Of a DNA stretch of 64,000 nucleotides, positions 28,166 through 37,777 are shown piece after piece; the first letter of the stretch is position 1; each line of letters opens with the position of its first letter. The notes below the pieces were generated by a model that worked only from the letters and a program-made list of their open reading frames with translations, was not told where the DNA came from and searched no databases. The stretch lies in NCBI GenBank assembly GCA_045577925.1, contig JAZNJH010000031.1, positions 115,612 through 179,611 of the forward strand, written 5' to 3'. A program made the position numbers and the translations under genes. This DNA is from Eubacteriales bacterium (GTDB taxonomy: Bacteria > Bacillota > Clostridia > Oscillospirales > CAG-272).

Positions 28166-29611
28166 TTATCGTCTGCTGTTAAAACGCTGCCTTCGCGAAG
28201 CTATCATTTCATAATGTTCCTCAGCCGCACTCGTGAATGCTTGCTCATCCTCAGAGTCTGTATGTTCAGGCAGCTCTGTTTGTATCTTTTGAATACGCTC
28301 GATAAGGAGCTCGACCTCGCTCTTTTCACGTCCGTCAACATCACGCTCAGTTATTTCAACAATATCTTCTATTTTTTGTGAGCATGCTCCTGATTTAAAG
28401 AGTGCAAGCTTAGCAAGCGCAGGACCAACTATCTCGTACAGTATGCCTGCGGCAAGAATTACTGTTTCGAGCGCACTTCCAAGGTCGCCGCCTATTGCTC
28501 TTGATCCCATAGCAACAAGCGGAATAGCAACACCTGCCTGAGGTATAAGAGCAAGCCCGAGATTGTTTCTTACTTTCTTTTCCTTTTGTGCAACTATACT
28601 GCCGATAAACGCGCCGGAGTACTTACCGATTATACGAACGGTAAAGTATGTAACACTTATAAGCAATAATGGAGTTGCACCAACGCTTCCCATTGGAGTA
28701 ATAAGTGCGTCGAGTCTGAAAGTAAGACCGCTTCGGACAAAGAACAGAAGCAATATCGGCGGTCTGAAATAATTAAGCTGTTTAAAAAGCTTATCATCGG
28801 CACTTATGTTTATATATATCATACCCATAGACATACACCCAAGAAGCGGAGACACGTCAAGCAGAGTACATATGCCGCAGAAGCCAAACAAAAGCGCTAT
28901 AGCAATAATAAGGCGGTTATCTGTTGAACGCTTTTTCTGTATCATAAGCTTCATGAAAACGCCAAATAATCCTCCAAGCACTATAACTCCAAGATTTATG
29001 ATCACAGGCTCAAGTATAGAACGGGGCTCGATCAAAGAAGAGTTAAGCGATGAAATCGCTATAGAAATTGCAACACTGTATGCAAGCAGACCTATAATAT
29101 TGTCTATTGCTACCACCTGTAAAAGCGTATTGACAAAATCGCCTTTAGCTCGAAGCTGGCGTATCGTCATCATTGTTGATGTAGGCGCGGTTAGAGATGC
29201 AAGTGCGGAAACTACAACACTGAAAGCAAAATTAAGTCCTAAAACAAAATATGTAAGTATAAAAACAAGGGCCGAAGCAAGCGTTCCTTCGAAAATAGCG
29301 GTAAGAACAACCCTTGAGCCGTTTTTCCTTAAAAGATCAAAGCGGAAGAATTCGCCCATACCAAATGCTATAAAGGCAAGGGCGATATCTGCAAGAAAGT
29401 CCATTCCTTCTATTATACTTTTTGGAATAAGATTTAGAAAATAAGGTCCTATAAGTACGCCGGTTAATATGTACGCCGTTACGTCAGGAAGCTTTATAAG
29501 CTTTGTTATACGCGTTGCAAGAAAACCAAACATAAGTATCATTGCTATTGATATTACAACTACCGCAGTTGGTGACGTTATATTCATATATTCGTATATT
29601 GATTCTTGCAT
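28166..29611 (-). CDS. Cation:proton antiporter (CPA2-like)
   Basis: About 12 TM helices; LPDVTAYILTGVLIGP, VAIDN and LIPQAGVA motifs; start at 29611 after GGAGG. Confidence 0.88.
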   Translation of the reverse strand: MQESIYEYMNITSPTAVVVISIAMILMFGFLATRITKLIKLPDVTAYILTGVLIGPYFLNLIPKSIIEGMDFLADIALAFIAFGMGEFFRFDLLRKNGSRVVLTAIFEGTLASALVFILTYFVLGLNFAFSVVVSALASLTAPTSTMMTIRQLRAKGDFVNTLLQVVAIDNIIGLLAYSVAISIAISSLNSSLIEPRSILEPVIINLGVIVLGGLFGVFMKLMIQKKRSTDNRLIIAIALLFGFCGICTLLDVSPLLGCMSMGMIYINISADDKLFKQLNYFRPPILLLFFVRSGLTFRLDALITPMGSVGATPLLLISVTYFTVRIIGKYSGAFIGSIVAQKEKKVRNNLGLALIPQAGVAIPLVAMGSRAIGGDLGSALETVILAAGILYEIVGPALAKLALFKSGACSQKIEDIVEITERDVDGREKSEVELLIERIQKIQTELPEHTDSEDEQAFTSAAEEHYEMIASRRQRFNSRR

Positions 29612-29761
29612 ATGATCACCCTCCTTTTTACAGTATAATTTCATAAAATAATAGATATTATATATTAATGGACAAATTAAGTCAAGTGCAGATTCGATTG
29701 TTTACAGTTTGTTAATATTATTTCGACAAAATAAGAAAAGCCTCCTGTATGGAGGCACCTC

Positions 29762-30436
29762 TTATACATAATATTCCTGCCCGTTATCAAGGCATATAGC
29801 ACAAAGCGGTTGATCTTCATCCTCTCCGCAGTTAATAGCAATGTTTCCGTTTGCGTGTACAGCTTTATTTTGGTAACTTTCACCATCTTTTATCACAGTG
29901 TGCCCTGAAATAAGTGTTGCATCATCAAAATAACGTCTATTCATATTAACCTTTTCAAAAACAAGCTCTTCAGGTGAATAATCTGCAAGTTCCCTATTGG
30001 CTGAAAAATCCCCCAGCCCCGCGTGCACTAAGATATATTTTCTTCCATTGACCGATAGCTCTTCATATAGCGGAAGGTCCTCGAGGTACTCTATCAGCGC
30101 TTCTCTTTCTTCTTTATCAAGCAAAGCAAGCTCGTCGGCGGTAGTTTTGCCGCCAATGCTCATCCATTTATCAAGCATTTCAGAAAGCTCCGAATTTTCT
30201 TCATGCGATTTTTCTGCTTTTTTTATTATTTTAAGCGCAAGATATTCATGATCTCCTAAAATAGGAAACACATTTGCTCTCATGCTCATATCCTTAAGAA
30301 CATCGACTGAACGTGTTCCTATATCTATCATATCGCCTATAACATACAGATCGTCCTTGTCATTAAAATTTATTTCCTTCAGCATTTTTTTATACTTATC
30401 ATATCTTCCATGAATATCACTCATAACATAAGTCAT
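29762..30436 (-). CDS. Calcineurin-like metallophosphoesterase (Ser/Thr phosphatase-like)
   Basis: SDIHG, GDMIDIG, LGDHE, VHAG and GHT motifs. Confidence 0.88.
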   Translation of the reverse strand: MTYVMSDIHGRYDKYKKMLKEINFNDKDDLYVIGDMIDIGTRSVDVLKDMSMRANVFPILGDHEYLALKIIKKAEKSHEENSELSEMLDKWMSIGGKTTADELALLDKEEREALIEYLEDLPLYEELSVNGRKYILVHAGLGDFSANRELADYSPEELVFEKVNMNRRYFDDATLISGHTVIKDGESYQNKAVHANGNIAINCGEDEDQPLCAICLDNGQEYYV

Positions 30437-30553
30437 ACGATCACCCCCAAGTTAGTATTCGCCTGATGTTATTCTTATTATTGTAAAAATAATTATACTG
30501 TACACAGCCTGTCATATTATGTAAACAATTGAAAATAAAAACAAATCGCGCTA

Positions 30554-31141
30554 TCAGCGCGCGATCTGCTTTTTCATAATTAAATTTATAATTATACTCT
30601 GAATAAAAATACTGATAAAAGCAAGTCCAACACCATATATGTCTCCTGTAACCGCAAGAGCAAGAATAATAATTGCAAGATCGCATAAAAACAATGCGCT
30701 TCCCAGACGCAGATTTTTAAATTTGAATCTGACTAAAGTTGCTATAAGATCCGTGCCGCCCGTAGTATAACCAAGCAAGAATATAAGCCCCATTGCCACA
30801 CCCATGACTGCGCCGCCAACAATTGCATTAAATATTCTGTTTTGGACAACAGCGTCAAGATGGGATAATATTTCAGAACTTATACCCGTTATCATAACAC
30901 CTATAAATGCACGTTTTATATAATTTTTGCCGTAGGCAAAAGCGTTAGCTATAAGAAACGGAATATTTAAAATTATTACAGTGGTACCTACCGGCAGTTT
31001 ATATAGGATATTCAATATGATTGCAAGCCCTGTAAATCCGCCTGCAACTATTTGAGACGGCACAAGAAAAACGTTAAGACCTATTGCAAACAGAACTGAT
31101 GCTATTGTAAGGACAGCACCGTTTCTTATCATTGTTCTCAT
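30554..31141 (-). CDS. YitT family membrane protein
   Basis: GGFTGLA, LNIPF and TTGGTD motifs. Confidence 0.85.
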   Translation of the reverse strand: MRTMIRNGAVLTIASVLFAIGLNVFLVPSQIVAGGFTGLAIILNILYKLPVGTTVIILNIPFLIANAFAYGKNYIKRAFIGVMITGISSEILSHLDAVVQNRIFNAIVGGAVMGVAMGLIFLLGYTTGGTDLIATLVRFKFKNLRLGSALFLCDLAIIILALAVTGDIYGVGLAFISIFIQSIIINLIMKKQIAR

Positions 31142-31857
31142 GATACACCCTTATTTATAAGCTCAGAAACCGTAACAAAGCAGTATCCCTGTGACTTAAG
31201 CTTTGGAATAATTATTTCCAGGGCTTCAACAGTAGGACTGTCGCCCGTAACAAAATCATGAAACAACACTATGCTTCCCGGTTTTACCCCCTCAAGTACA
31301 CTTTCGCATATCTTATCAACTTCGTTATGTGCCCAATCGAGCGTATCTATATTCCACAATATAACGTCATAGTCTATTGAACCCACGGCTGATGCTATCA
31401 TATCCGAACACCAACCTTCAGGAGGCCTGAAAAGCTTAGGTCTGTATTCAGCAATTTCATAAAGCTCGTTCTCTGTTGACTCTAGCTCCTCTATAAGATT
31501 CTTTTTACTAAGTTTACGCATTTTTGAGTGATTATAGGTATGATTCCCTATCTCATGCCCAAGTCGTAATTCTCGCCTTATTATATCCGGATTATCATGT
31601 GCCATAGCTCCTATAACAAAAAACGTAGCCTTGACATCATATTTTTCAAGAACGTCAAGTATCTCGCCCGTTCTGAATTTGTGTGGTCCGTCATCAAAAG
31701 TAAGTGCAATAAGCTTTTCATCTGTCTTTGCGCTGTAATATATGCTGCCAGCCGGTCTGTAATCTTCTGCTTTTAAAAATGTTATTAACAACAACGAGAA
31801 TAGTGCAAATACCAAGGGCTTAACGATTACTGTTATTTTCTTTTTTAAGTTCATCAA
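31138..31857 (-). CDS. Polysaccharide deacetylase (CE4, PdaB-like)
   Basis: LTFDDGP, GNHTYNH, FRPP, DTLDW and LFHD motifs; N-terminal anchor. Confidence 0.9.
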   Translation of the reverse strand: MMNLKKKITVIVKPLVFALFSLLLITFLKAEDYRPAGSIYYSAKTDEKLIALTFDDGPHKFRTGEILDVLEKYDVKATFFVIGAMAHDNPDIIRRELRLGHEIGNHTYNHSKMRKLSKKNLIEELESTENELYEIAEYRPKLFRPPEGWCSDMIASAVGSIDYDVILWNIDTLDWAHNEVDKICESVLEGVKPGSIVLFHDFVTGDSPTVEALEIIIPKLKSQGYCFVTVSELINKGVS

Positions 31858-32602
31858 GTGTTCCGAATCTGTATCCCATGCTCTTAAGTTTAACTATTAG
31901 CTCATCGAGTATAGCTGCATTTGTGGCACTTGTGGGATGCAGAAGCATAACCTCGCCGTTGTGAATGTGAGCAAGTATTTTTTCCATAGCCTTCTGCGTG
32001 TCGGGTTGTTTGGAGTTATCCCAATCTGCGTAAGCAAAGCTCCAGAAAACCGTATGATATCCAAGCTCATCAGCGTGCCCCAGATTTTCATTATTAAACG
32101 AGCCCTCCGGAGGACGATAGTATTTATCTATGGTATTACCCGTATATTCGGTGTATACTTTTTCAAGTGCTTCAAGTTCTTTCGCAAACTCATTTTTATC
32201 AGTTACAAGCGACATGTTTTTATGACTTGCGGTATGATTGCACACAAGATGTCCCTCTGATGACATTCTGCAAACAAGTTCTGTGTTTCTTCGAACAAGA
32301 TTTTCAAGTATAAAAAAAGCCGCCTTAACATCATGCTTTTTCAGTGTATCAAGTATTTTTTCAACGTTACCGTTTTCATAACCGGCATCGAATGTGAGAT
32401 ATATAACCTTTTCATCTTTGCCTATATATGAAGCACTGTGCCCATTTATTGAAGTAAGCTTCCCCTCAAGTGCGGGGCGCTTGTGCTCTTTATTATTTTT
32501 CACGTACCAATGTATTGTATTTGACTCAGAGGCACAGATTATACATGAAAACATTGATAACATTGTAATTACTGACATGACTATGCTGATAATTCTTTTC
32601 AT
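31820..32602 (-). CDS. pdaA: Spore-cortex muramic delta-lactam deacetylase
   Basis: IYLTFDAGYENG, NHTASH, YRPPEG, FWSFAYADW and LLHP motifs; signal peptide. Confidence 0.88.
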   Translation of the reverse strand: MKRIISIVMSVITMLSMFSCIICASESNTIHWYVKNNKEHKRPALEGKLTSINGHSASYIGKDEKVIYLTFDAGYENGNVEKILDTLKKHDVKAAFFILENLVRRNTELVCRMSSEGHLVCNHTASHKNMSLVTDKNEFAKELEALEKVYTEYTGNTIDKYYRPPEGSFNNENLGHADELGYHTVFWSFAYADWDNSKQPDTQKAMEKILAHIHNGEVMLLHPTSATNAAILDELIVKLKSMGYRFGTLDELKKENNSNR

Positions 32603-32636
32603 AATTGCTCCTTTCTTGTGTTTTAAATTGCAGATT

Positions 32637-32667
32637 TAGTTTTTGCATTTTCTTTGTTTGAAAACGC
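32637..32667 (-). promoter_or_regulatory. Putative forespore (sigma-F/sigma-G type) promoter of pdaA
   Basis: GCAAAAACTA -10 element identical to the one upstream of tepA; weak -35. Confidence 0.5.
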
Positions 32668-32775
32668 GTAATTTAGAGGAAAGAAATCTAATTATTAAAA
32701 AACTATTGACTTTATAGTTCAAAAATTGTAAAATATTTCTGTAATTTTATAAATGTATAAAGGAATTATCAAAAA

Positions 32776-34155
32776 ATGAAAATGTGGGCTGGCCGCTTCA
32801 AAAAACAGATAGACAGCGGTGTTAATGATTTCAACTCTTCAATCGCTTTCGATAAAGTGATGTACAAAGAAGATATTAGAGGCTCTATTGCACATGCAAC
32901 CATGCTTGGCGAATGCGGCATAATTGAAAAGAGCGAGGCAGACAAAATAGTTTCTGCCCTTGGCGATATTCTTGCGGACATTGAAAACGGGAAAGTGGAA
33001 TTTACCGCTGAAGCCGAAGATATTCATATGAATATAGAAGCCATACTTACAGAACGTATTGGCGACACAGGCAAGAGACTTCATACTGCCCGCAGCCGTA
33101 ACGATCAGGTTGCGCTCGACATAAGAATGTATCTTCTCGCCGAAACCGCACGTGTGAAAGCTTCGGTTCTCGGTTTGCTTGAAGCTATATATATAAAGGC
33201 ATGCGAGAACACTGACACAGTTATGGCGGGATACACGCATCTTCAGCGCGCTCAACCCGTCACGTTCGCACACTATATTCTTGCATATTCGGAAATGCTT
33301 CGCCGCGACTACGACCGTCTTTGCGATGCTGAAAGAAGAATGAACGTAATGCCTCTCGGTTCCGGTGCTCTTGCTTCAACTACCTATCCGATTAACCGTG
33401 AAAGAGTCGCCGAGCTTTTAGGATTCCCCTCAGTTACCCGCAACAGTATTGACGGTGTATCTGACCGCGACTTTGCTATTGAGCTTGCAAGCGCGCTTTC
33501 TATTTTGATGATGCATATGAGCCGTTTTTCCGAGGAGATCATTTTATGGTGCTCCTCCGAATTCGGATTTATAGAGCTTGACGATGCTTTTTCAACCGGC
33601 TCATCTATCATGCCACAGAAGAAAAACCCCGACGTTGCAGAGCTCGTTCGCGGCAAAACCGGCCGAGTATACGGTTCGCTTATCACACTGCTTACTCTTA
33701 TGAAAGGTCTGCCTCTTGCATATAACAAAGATATGCAGGAAGATAAAGAAGCTATCTTTGATGCAATTGATAACACCGTGTTATCAGTAAACGTATTCAC
33801 ATCTATGTTTGAAACGATGACGGTTAAAGCTGACGTTATGCGCCGCTCTGCCGCCAAAGGCTTTATAAATGCTACCGACTGCGCAGACTATCTTGTAAAG
33901 AAAGGGCTTCCCTTCAGAGATGCGTACAAGGCTGTTGGTACGCTTGTTGCAAGATGCATAGAGCTTGATACAACGCTCGAACAGCTTTCGCTTGATGAAT
34001 ACAAGCAGGTATGCCCTGCTTTTGACAACGACGTATACAATGCGATTGACCTTGATACATGTGTAAACGGCAGAAAAGTAACAGGCGGGCCCGCGAAGGA
34101 ATCCGTTAACAGACAACTTGAGATTCTGAAAAGCTTTTTGAATGAAGCCAAATAA
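32776..34155 (+). CDS. argH: Argininosuccinate lyase
   Basis: MWAGRF, HTARSRNDQ and GSSIMPQKKNPD motifs. Confidence 0.98.
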   Translation: MKMWAGRFKKQIDSGVNDFNSSIAFDKVMYKEDIRGSIAHATMLGECGIIEKSEADKIVSALGDILADIENGKVEFTAEAEDIHMNIEAILTERIGDTGKRLHTARSRNDQVALDIRMYLLAETARVKASVLGLLEAIYIKACENTDTVMAGYTHLQRAQPVTFAHYILAYSEMLRRDYDRLCDAERRMNVMPLGSGALASTTYPINRERVAELLGFPSVTRNSIDGVSDRDFAIELASALSILMMHMSRFSEEIILWCSSEFGFIELDDAFSTGSSIMPQKKNPDVAELVRGKTGRVYGSLITLLTLMKGLPLAYNKDMQEDKEAIFDAIDNTVLSVNVFTSMFETMTVKADVMRRSAAKGFINATDCADYLVKKGLPFRDAYKAVGTLVARCIELDTTLEQLSLDEYKQVCPAFDNDVYNAIDLDTCVNGRKVTGGPAKESVNRQLEILKSFLNEAK

Positions 34156-34161
34156 AAAAAC

Positions 34162-34192
34162 AAAAAACTGACGTTTAAAACGTCAGTTTTTT
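34162..34192. terminator. Bidirectional terminator between argH and cpsB
   Basis: aaaaaactgacgttt-a-aaacgtcagtttttt stem. Confidence 0.85.
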
Positions 34193-34890
34193 ATTTTACA
34201 AATATTATCAGCAAAGTTTTTAATGTACTCAACAGCTCCGTTTTTAAACAGACCGTCAATTTCATTATACGCATCAACCAGAATCTCCGGTGAGCGTGAA
34301 TGTGTGTTATGACAGTCTGAAGACACTACCGATATTAGTTCTTTCTTAATAAGCTTTTTCGCGGTCTTCATATAGAGCTTTTCAAACAAGCTTGAAGCAT
34401 CAAGCTGCAAAATTGCTCCAAGCTCAACAAGCTTTTCCGCTGCTCTGATATTTCTGATCACTGCAGGATATCGTTCAACGTGAGCGATGATCGGTGTTAC
34501 ATTAAAATAATCCATAAAATTTGTAAGCACGTCTATACAGGACTTTTCCCAATCATTTGAAAAAGGCATTTCTACAAGCACGTATCTTGTATTTTCTATA
34601 CAAAACATCTCAACAGAGTCAAGATTAAGAACTCTTGGTGTCAGTCTTAACTCGCAACCCGAAAAAATTGTAATTCCATAGTTTTTTGCTATCGGAGCAA
34701 GTTTTGACATGCGCTCTTCACGCATGGCAAAAAATTCATCAGGTGAAATATTTGTATAATCAAAATGCGGAGTACATACTACAGATTTAATACCAATGCT
34801 CTTCATTATTTCAAGCATCGCAATGCTCGTCTCGAGATTCTCTGCGCCGTCGTCAATGTCGTATAAAAGATGGGTATGTATGTCTGTCAT
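34183..34890 (-). CDS. cpsB: PHP-family tyrosine-protein phosphatase (CpsB/YwqE)
   Basis: DIHTH..DDG, TPH, AHVERY and SDCH motifs. Confidence 0.92.
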   Translation of the reverse strand: MTDIHTHLLYDIDDGAENLETSIAMLEIMKSIGIKSVVCTPHFDYTNISPDEFFAMREERMSKLAPIAKNYGITIFSGCELRLTPRVLNLDSVEMFCIENTRYVLVEMPFSNDWEKSCIDVLTNFMDYFNVTPIIAHVERYPAVIRNIRAAEKLVELGAILQLDASSLFEKLYMKTAKKLIKKELISVVSSDCHNTHSRSPEILVDAYNEIDGLFKNGAVEYIKNFADNICKIKN

Positions 34891-35594
34891 TATTTATAAC
34901 TGTAATACTTGTATTTTCTGGAATATCCCTTAGTATTGCTATTTACGACGTCATTTAAAACGAATCCGAGAACAGGCGCATTTGCATATTCAAACTGAGT
35001 AAGTACTTTTTTCGTTTCGGGATGCGTACTGTACGATGAACGGACAACGACTATTGTTCCGTCAACGTATTTTGTAAGAGTAAGAGCATCGGACACAACG
35101 TTAACCGGGGGAGTATCAAAAAGAATATAGTCGTATCTTTCGCTAAGCTTTTCCAGAAGATTTTTCATAGCCTCACTTGAAATAAGTTCGGCAGGATTAG
35201 GGGGAATAAGTCCGGCAGGAAGTATCTGAAGATTAGGCTTGCTCGTTTCCTTGATTGCCTCATCTATACTGCACATTCCTGAAAGAAGATTGGAAAGTCC
35301 GACACGGCTTTCAAGGTTAAAATATCTATGCACTCTGGGGCGTCTCATATCGCAGTCAATTACAAGGGTACGAGCCTCCGTTTGCGACAATGTTACCGCA
35401 AGGTTTATCGTGGTTATAGTCTTGCCCTCGCGCGGATGAGCGCTTGTTATTGAAATCAATTTACAATGGGATTCAGAACCTGCAACCGAAAATTGTACAT
35501 TGGTTCTGAAAGCCTTATAAGCCTCGGTAATCTGGAAATTGGTAGTACTGTCAACCGTGTTTATCACACGCGTTTTATTTCTTGCTGCTTTCAC
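34890..35594 (-). CDS. cpsD: BY-kinase catalytic subunit (CpsD/CapB)
   Basis: EAYKAFRTN; Walker A PREGKT; IDCDMRRP; FDTPP; C-terminal Tyr cluster YSRKYKYYSYK. Confidence 0.93.
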   Translation of the reverse strand: MKAARNKTRVINTVDSTTNFQITEAYKAFRTNVQFSVAGSESHCKLISITSAHPREGKTITTINLAVTLSQTEARTLVIDCDMRRPRVHRYFNLESRVGLSNLLSGMCSIDEAIKETSKPNLQILPAGLIPPNPAELISSEAMKNLLEKLSERYDYILFDTPPVNVVSDALTLTKYVDGTIVVVRSSYSTHPETKKVLTQFEYANAPVLGFVLNDVVNSNTKGYSRKYKYYSYK

Positions 35595-36351
35595 CGTATC
35601 TACCTCCGTATGTTGATTTTTTATTATCCTTGATCACTTCATCGAAGTTAGGTATAACACCGAGAATCGGAACGTCATACATTTTGGTAAGATCATTTTC
35701 GTCGCCGATTCTGACGTCGAACACCTTAAATAACACGATTATCAAAGCTGATATAATTGCTCCGAAAAATGCTCCCACCAGAGTATTTCGGCTAGTTACG
35801 TTATTTATGCGTTTTATTCTCTCAAACTTAGGCTGATTCGTAACCTTAAGCGCATCAAATCCTTTTATCTCATGAATACGTTTCGGAGCAAGATTTGCAA
35901 GCTCACCTGCAACAGCATATGCATCAGCAGGATAAGGCGAAACAATAGTTGCAACGAAAAGGTCTGTGTCAGACTGCTCACTGTAAGATATCATTGATGA
36001 TAAATGGCTTGCCTTATAATCAATTCTGCATTTGCCTTCCAGATTTTCGTCAAGCATATCAAAAAAGTCGTCATTATCAAGAAGCTCCATATAGGTTTTT
36101 AGTGCTTCTCTGGCATACGTTGTTGTCTGATATGCGGTTGCCGCTGTTGTTGTCTGGGCATTTCCGAATTCAGGCGCAACGTAGAACTGAACCGTCAATC
36201 CGTACATAGGAGTAATATTGAAACTGCTGTGCAAAAACAACAGTACTGCGCAAAGAACGGAACTAATAAGTATTATCCACCAGCGTTTAAGCAAAATCTT
36301 CAGAATGTCGAGTATGCTCACTTCAATGGCTTCCATCTCAATTTTTTCCAT
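35575..36351 (-). CDS. cpsC: BY-kinase transmembrane modulator (CpsC/Wzz family)
   Basis: Two TM helices flanking an extracellular loop; C-terminal PILGVIP; TTGACA-18-TATAAT promoter at 36455-36484. Confidence 0.88.
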   Translation of the reverse strand: MEKIEMEAIEVSILDILKILLKRWWIILISSVLCAVLLFLHSSFNITPMYGLTVQFYVAPEFGNAQTTTAATAYQTTTYAREALKTYMELLDNDDFFDMLDENLEGKCRIDYKASHLSSMISYSEQSDTDLFVATIVSPYPADAYAVAGELANLAPKRIHEIKGFDALKVTNQPKFERIKRINNVTSRNTLVGAFFGAIISALIIVLFKVFDVRIGDENDLTKMYDVPILGVIPNFDEVIKDNKKSTYGGRYGESSKK

Positions 36352-36532
36352 ATCTTTATCATTCCTTTCACTGCCTCATTTCTCTTAATGAGACGAATTT
36401 TGTCTGCACATAATTACACCACCGGATAAAATATGTACAAAAACAATCTATAATATTATAGCAGAGATTTTTGCTCATTGTCAATAGCGGAAATGTTATT
36501 TAAAGTGAAATTAATTTTTTTCAAGAAAAGTA

Positions 36533-36561
36533 TTGCAATTTGGTAAAGTTTGTGCTATACT
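36533..36561 (+). promoter_or_regulatory. Sigma-A promoter of rplS
   Basis: TTGCAA-17-TATACT with extended TG. Confidence 0.75.
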
Positions 36562-36592
36562 AACCCCGTACGTTTATGCGCGTACAAAGTAA

Positions 36593-36626
36593 GGACAGTC
36601 CTCTGCAATGCTCTGCACGAATGTCC
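36593..36626 (+). ncRNA. Probable L19 ribosomal-protein leader
   Basis: ggaca-gtcctctgca...tgcacgaa-tgtcc hairpin with internal loop directly before the rplS SD; resembles the Firmicutes L19 leader. Confidence 0.6.
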
Positions 36627-36649
36627 GGATTATAAGGAGGAAGCCAAAA

Positions 36650-37006
36650 ATGGATCTTATCAAGGCTTTTACAAATGAGCAGTTAAAAACAGAGGTTCCG
36701 AACATTGTTGTTGGTAACAACGTTAAGGTACACATCCGTATCGTTGAACCCGGCAAGGGTAAGGAAGCTAAGGAAAGAATTCAGATTTTCGAAGGTACCG
36801 TAATCGCTAAGCGCGGCGGCGGAATCTCCGAAACATTCACTGTAAGACGTGTTGCTTACGGTTGCGGTGTTGAAAAGACTTTCCCTGTACACTCTCCGAA
36901 CATTGCAAAGATTGAGACCACGAGAATCGGTAAGGTTAGACGTGCTAAGCTCAATTATCTCCGCAACAGAGTCGGCAAGAGCTCCAAGGTTAAGGAACGC
37001 ATCTGA
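36650..37006 (+). CDS. rplS: 50S ribosomal protein L19
   Basis: [16 protein letters not shown] and [12 protein letters not shown] motifs; ATG at 36650 after AAGGAGG. Confidence 0.98.
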   Translation: MDLIKAFTNEQLKTEVPNIVVGNNVKVHIRIVEPGKGKEAKERIQIFEGTVIAKRGGGISETFTVRRVAYGCGVEKTFPVHSPNIAKIETTRIGKVRRAKLNYLRNRVGKSSKVKERI

Positions 37007-37041
37007 TTGCGCCATAACCCGACACTTCAATAGGATTGCGT

Positions 37042-37081
37042 AAAAGAACTGTATCTGTCTGCGACGGTAACAGTTCTTTTG
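37042..37081 (+). terminator. Terminator or attenuating hairpin after rplS
   Basis: aaaagaactgt...acagttctttt stem with T-run. Confidence 0.7.
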
Positions 37082-37120
37082 TCGCTTTACCTAATCTGAC
37101 GCTAAACAAGGAAAAAAGTA

Positions 37121-37748
37121 ATGGCAGATATATTTGAACTTTTTAAAAAAATACAAAAAGAACCCGATATGCCACGTGAGCCGGTAAGCTATATTGTTGC
37201 AGGGCTTGGAAATCCCGGGGACAAATATGCGCACTCTCGTCATAATGCCGGTTTTATGGCGCTTGATTATATCAGCGAAAAGCACTCATTTAATATTAAC
37301 AAAGTAAAATTCAAATCTCTGTGTGCAGAAGCTATAATCTCCGGAAAGCGTGTTCTTTTTCTCAAGCCGCAAACATTCATGAACAACTCAGGCGAGGCGC
37401 TGCGCGAAGCGGCGGCATTTTATAAGCTACCGTGCGAAAACATAATAATATTATTTGATGACATTTCGCTTGAGCCGGGAAAAATAAGGATACGCAAAAA
37501 AAGGAAGCGCCGGCGGACATAACGGTATCAAAAGCATAATCGAGCATCTTGCGAGCGATAAATTCCCCAGAATAAAGATTGGTGTTGGTGCAAAGCCTCA
37601 CCCTGATTACGATCTTGCAGACTGGGTACTTGGCGAAATTCCGAAAAATGACAGGGAAATATTCTTCTCTGCTCTGTCAGATGCATCCGAGGCGCTTAAG
37701 TTATTGCTTGATAACAAGGCTGACGAAGCTATGGCTAGATTTAATTAA
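37121..37748 (+). CDS. pth: Peptidyl-tRNA hydrolase; frameshifted by one extra A in the A7 run at 37496-37502
   Basis: Frame 0 carries GLGNPG, RHNAGF and KPQTFMNNSG; the +1 frame continues GSAGGHNGIKSII...RIKIGVG...WVL to TAA at 37748 (208 aa when joined). Confidence 0.93.
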
Positions 37749-37777
37749 ACACCACATATAAAGAAAGCAAGGTAAGC

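Noticed and set aside
37579-37761. 60-aa ORF after the truncated pth
   Set aside because: Wrong frame; the true Pth C-terminus is in another frame ending at 37748.
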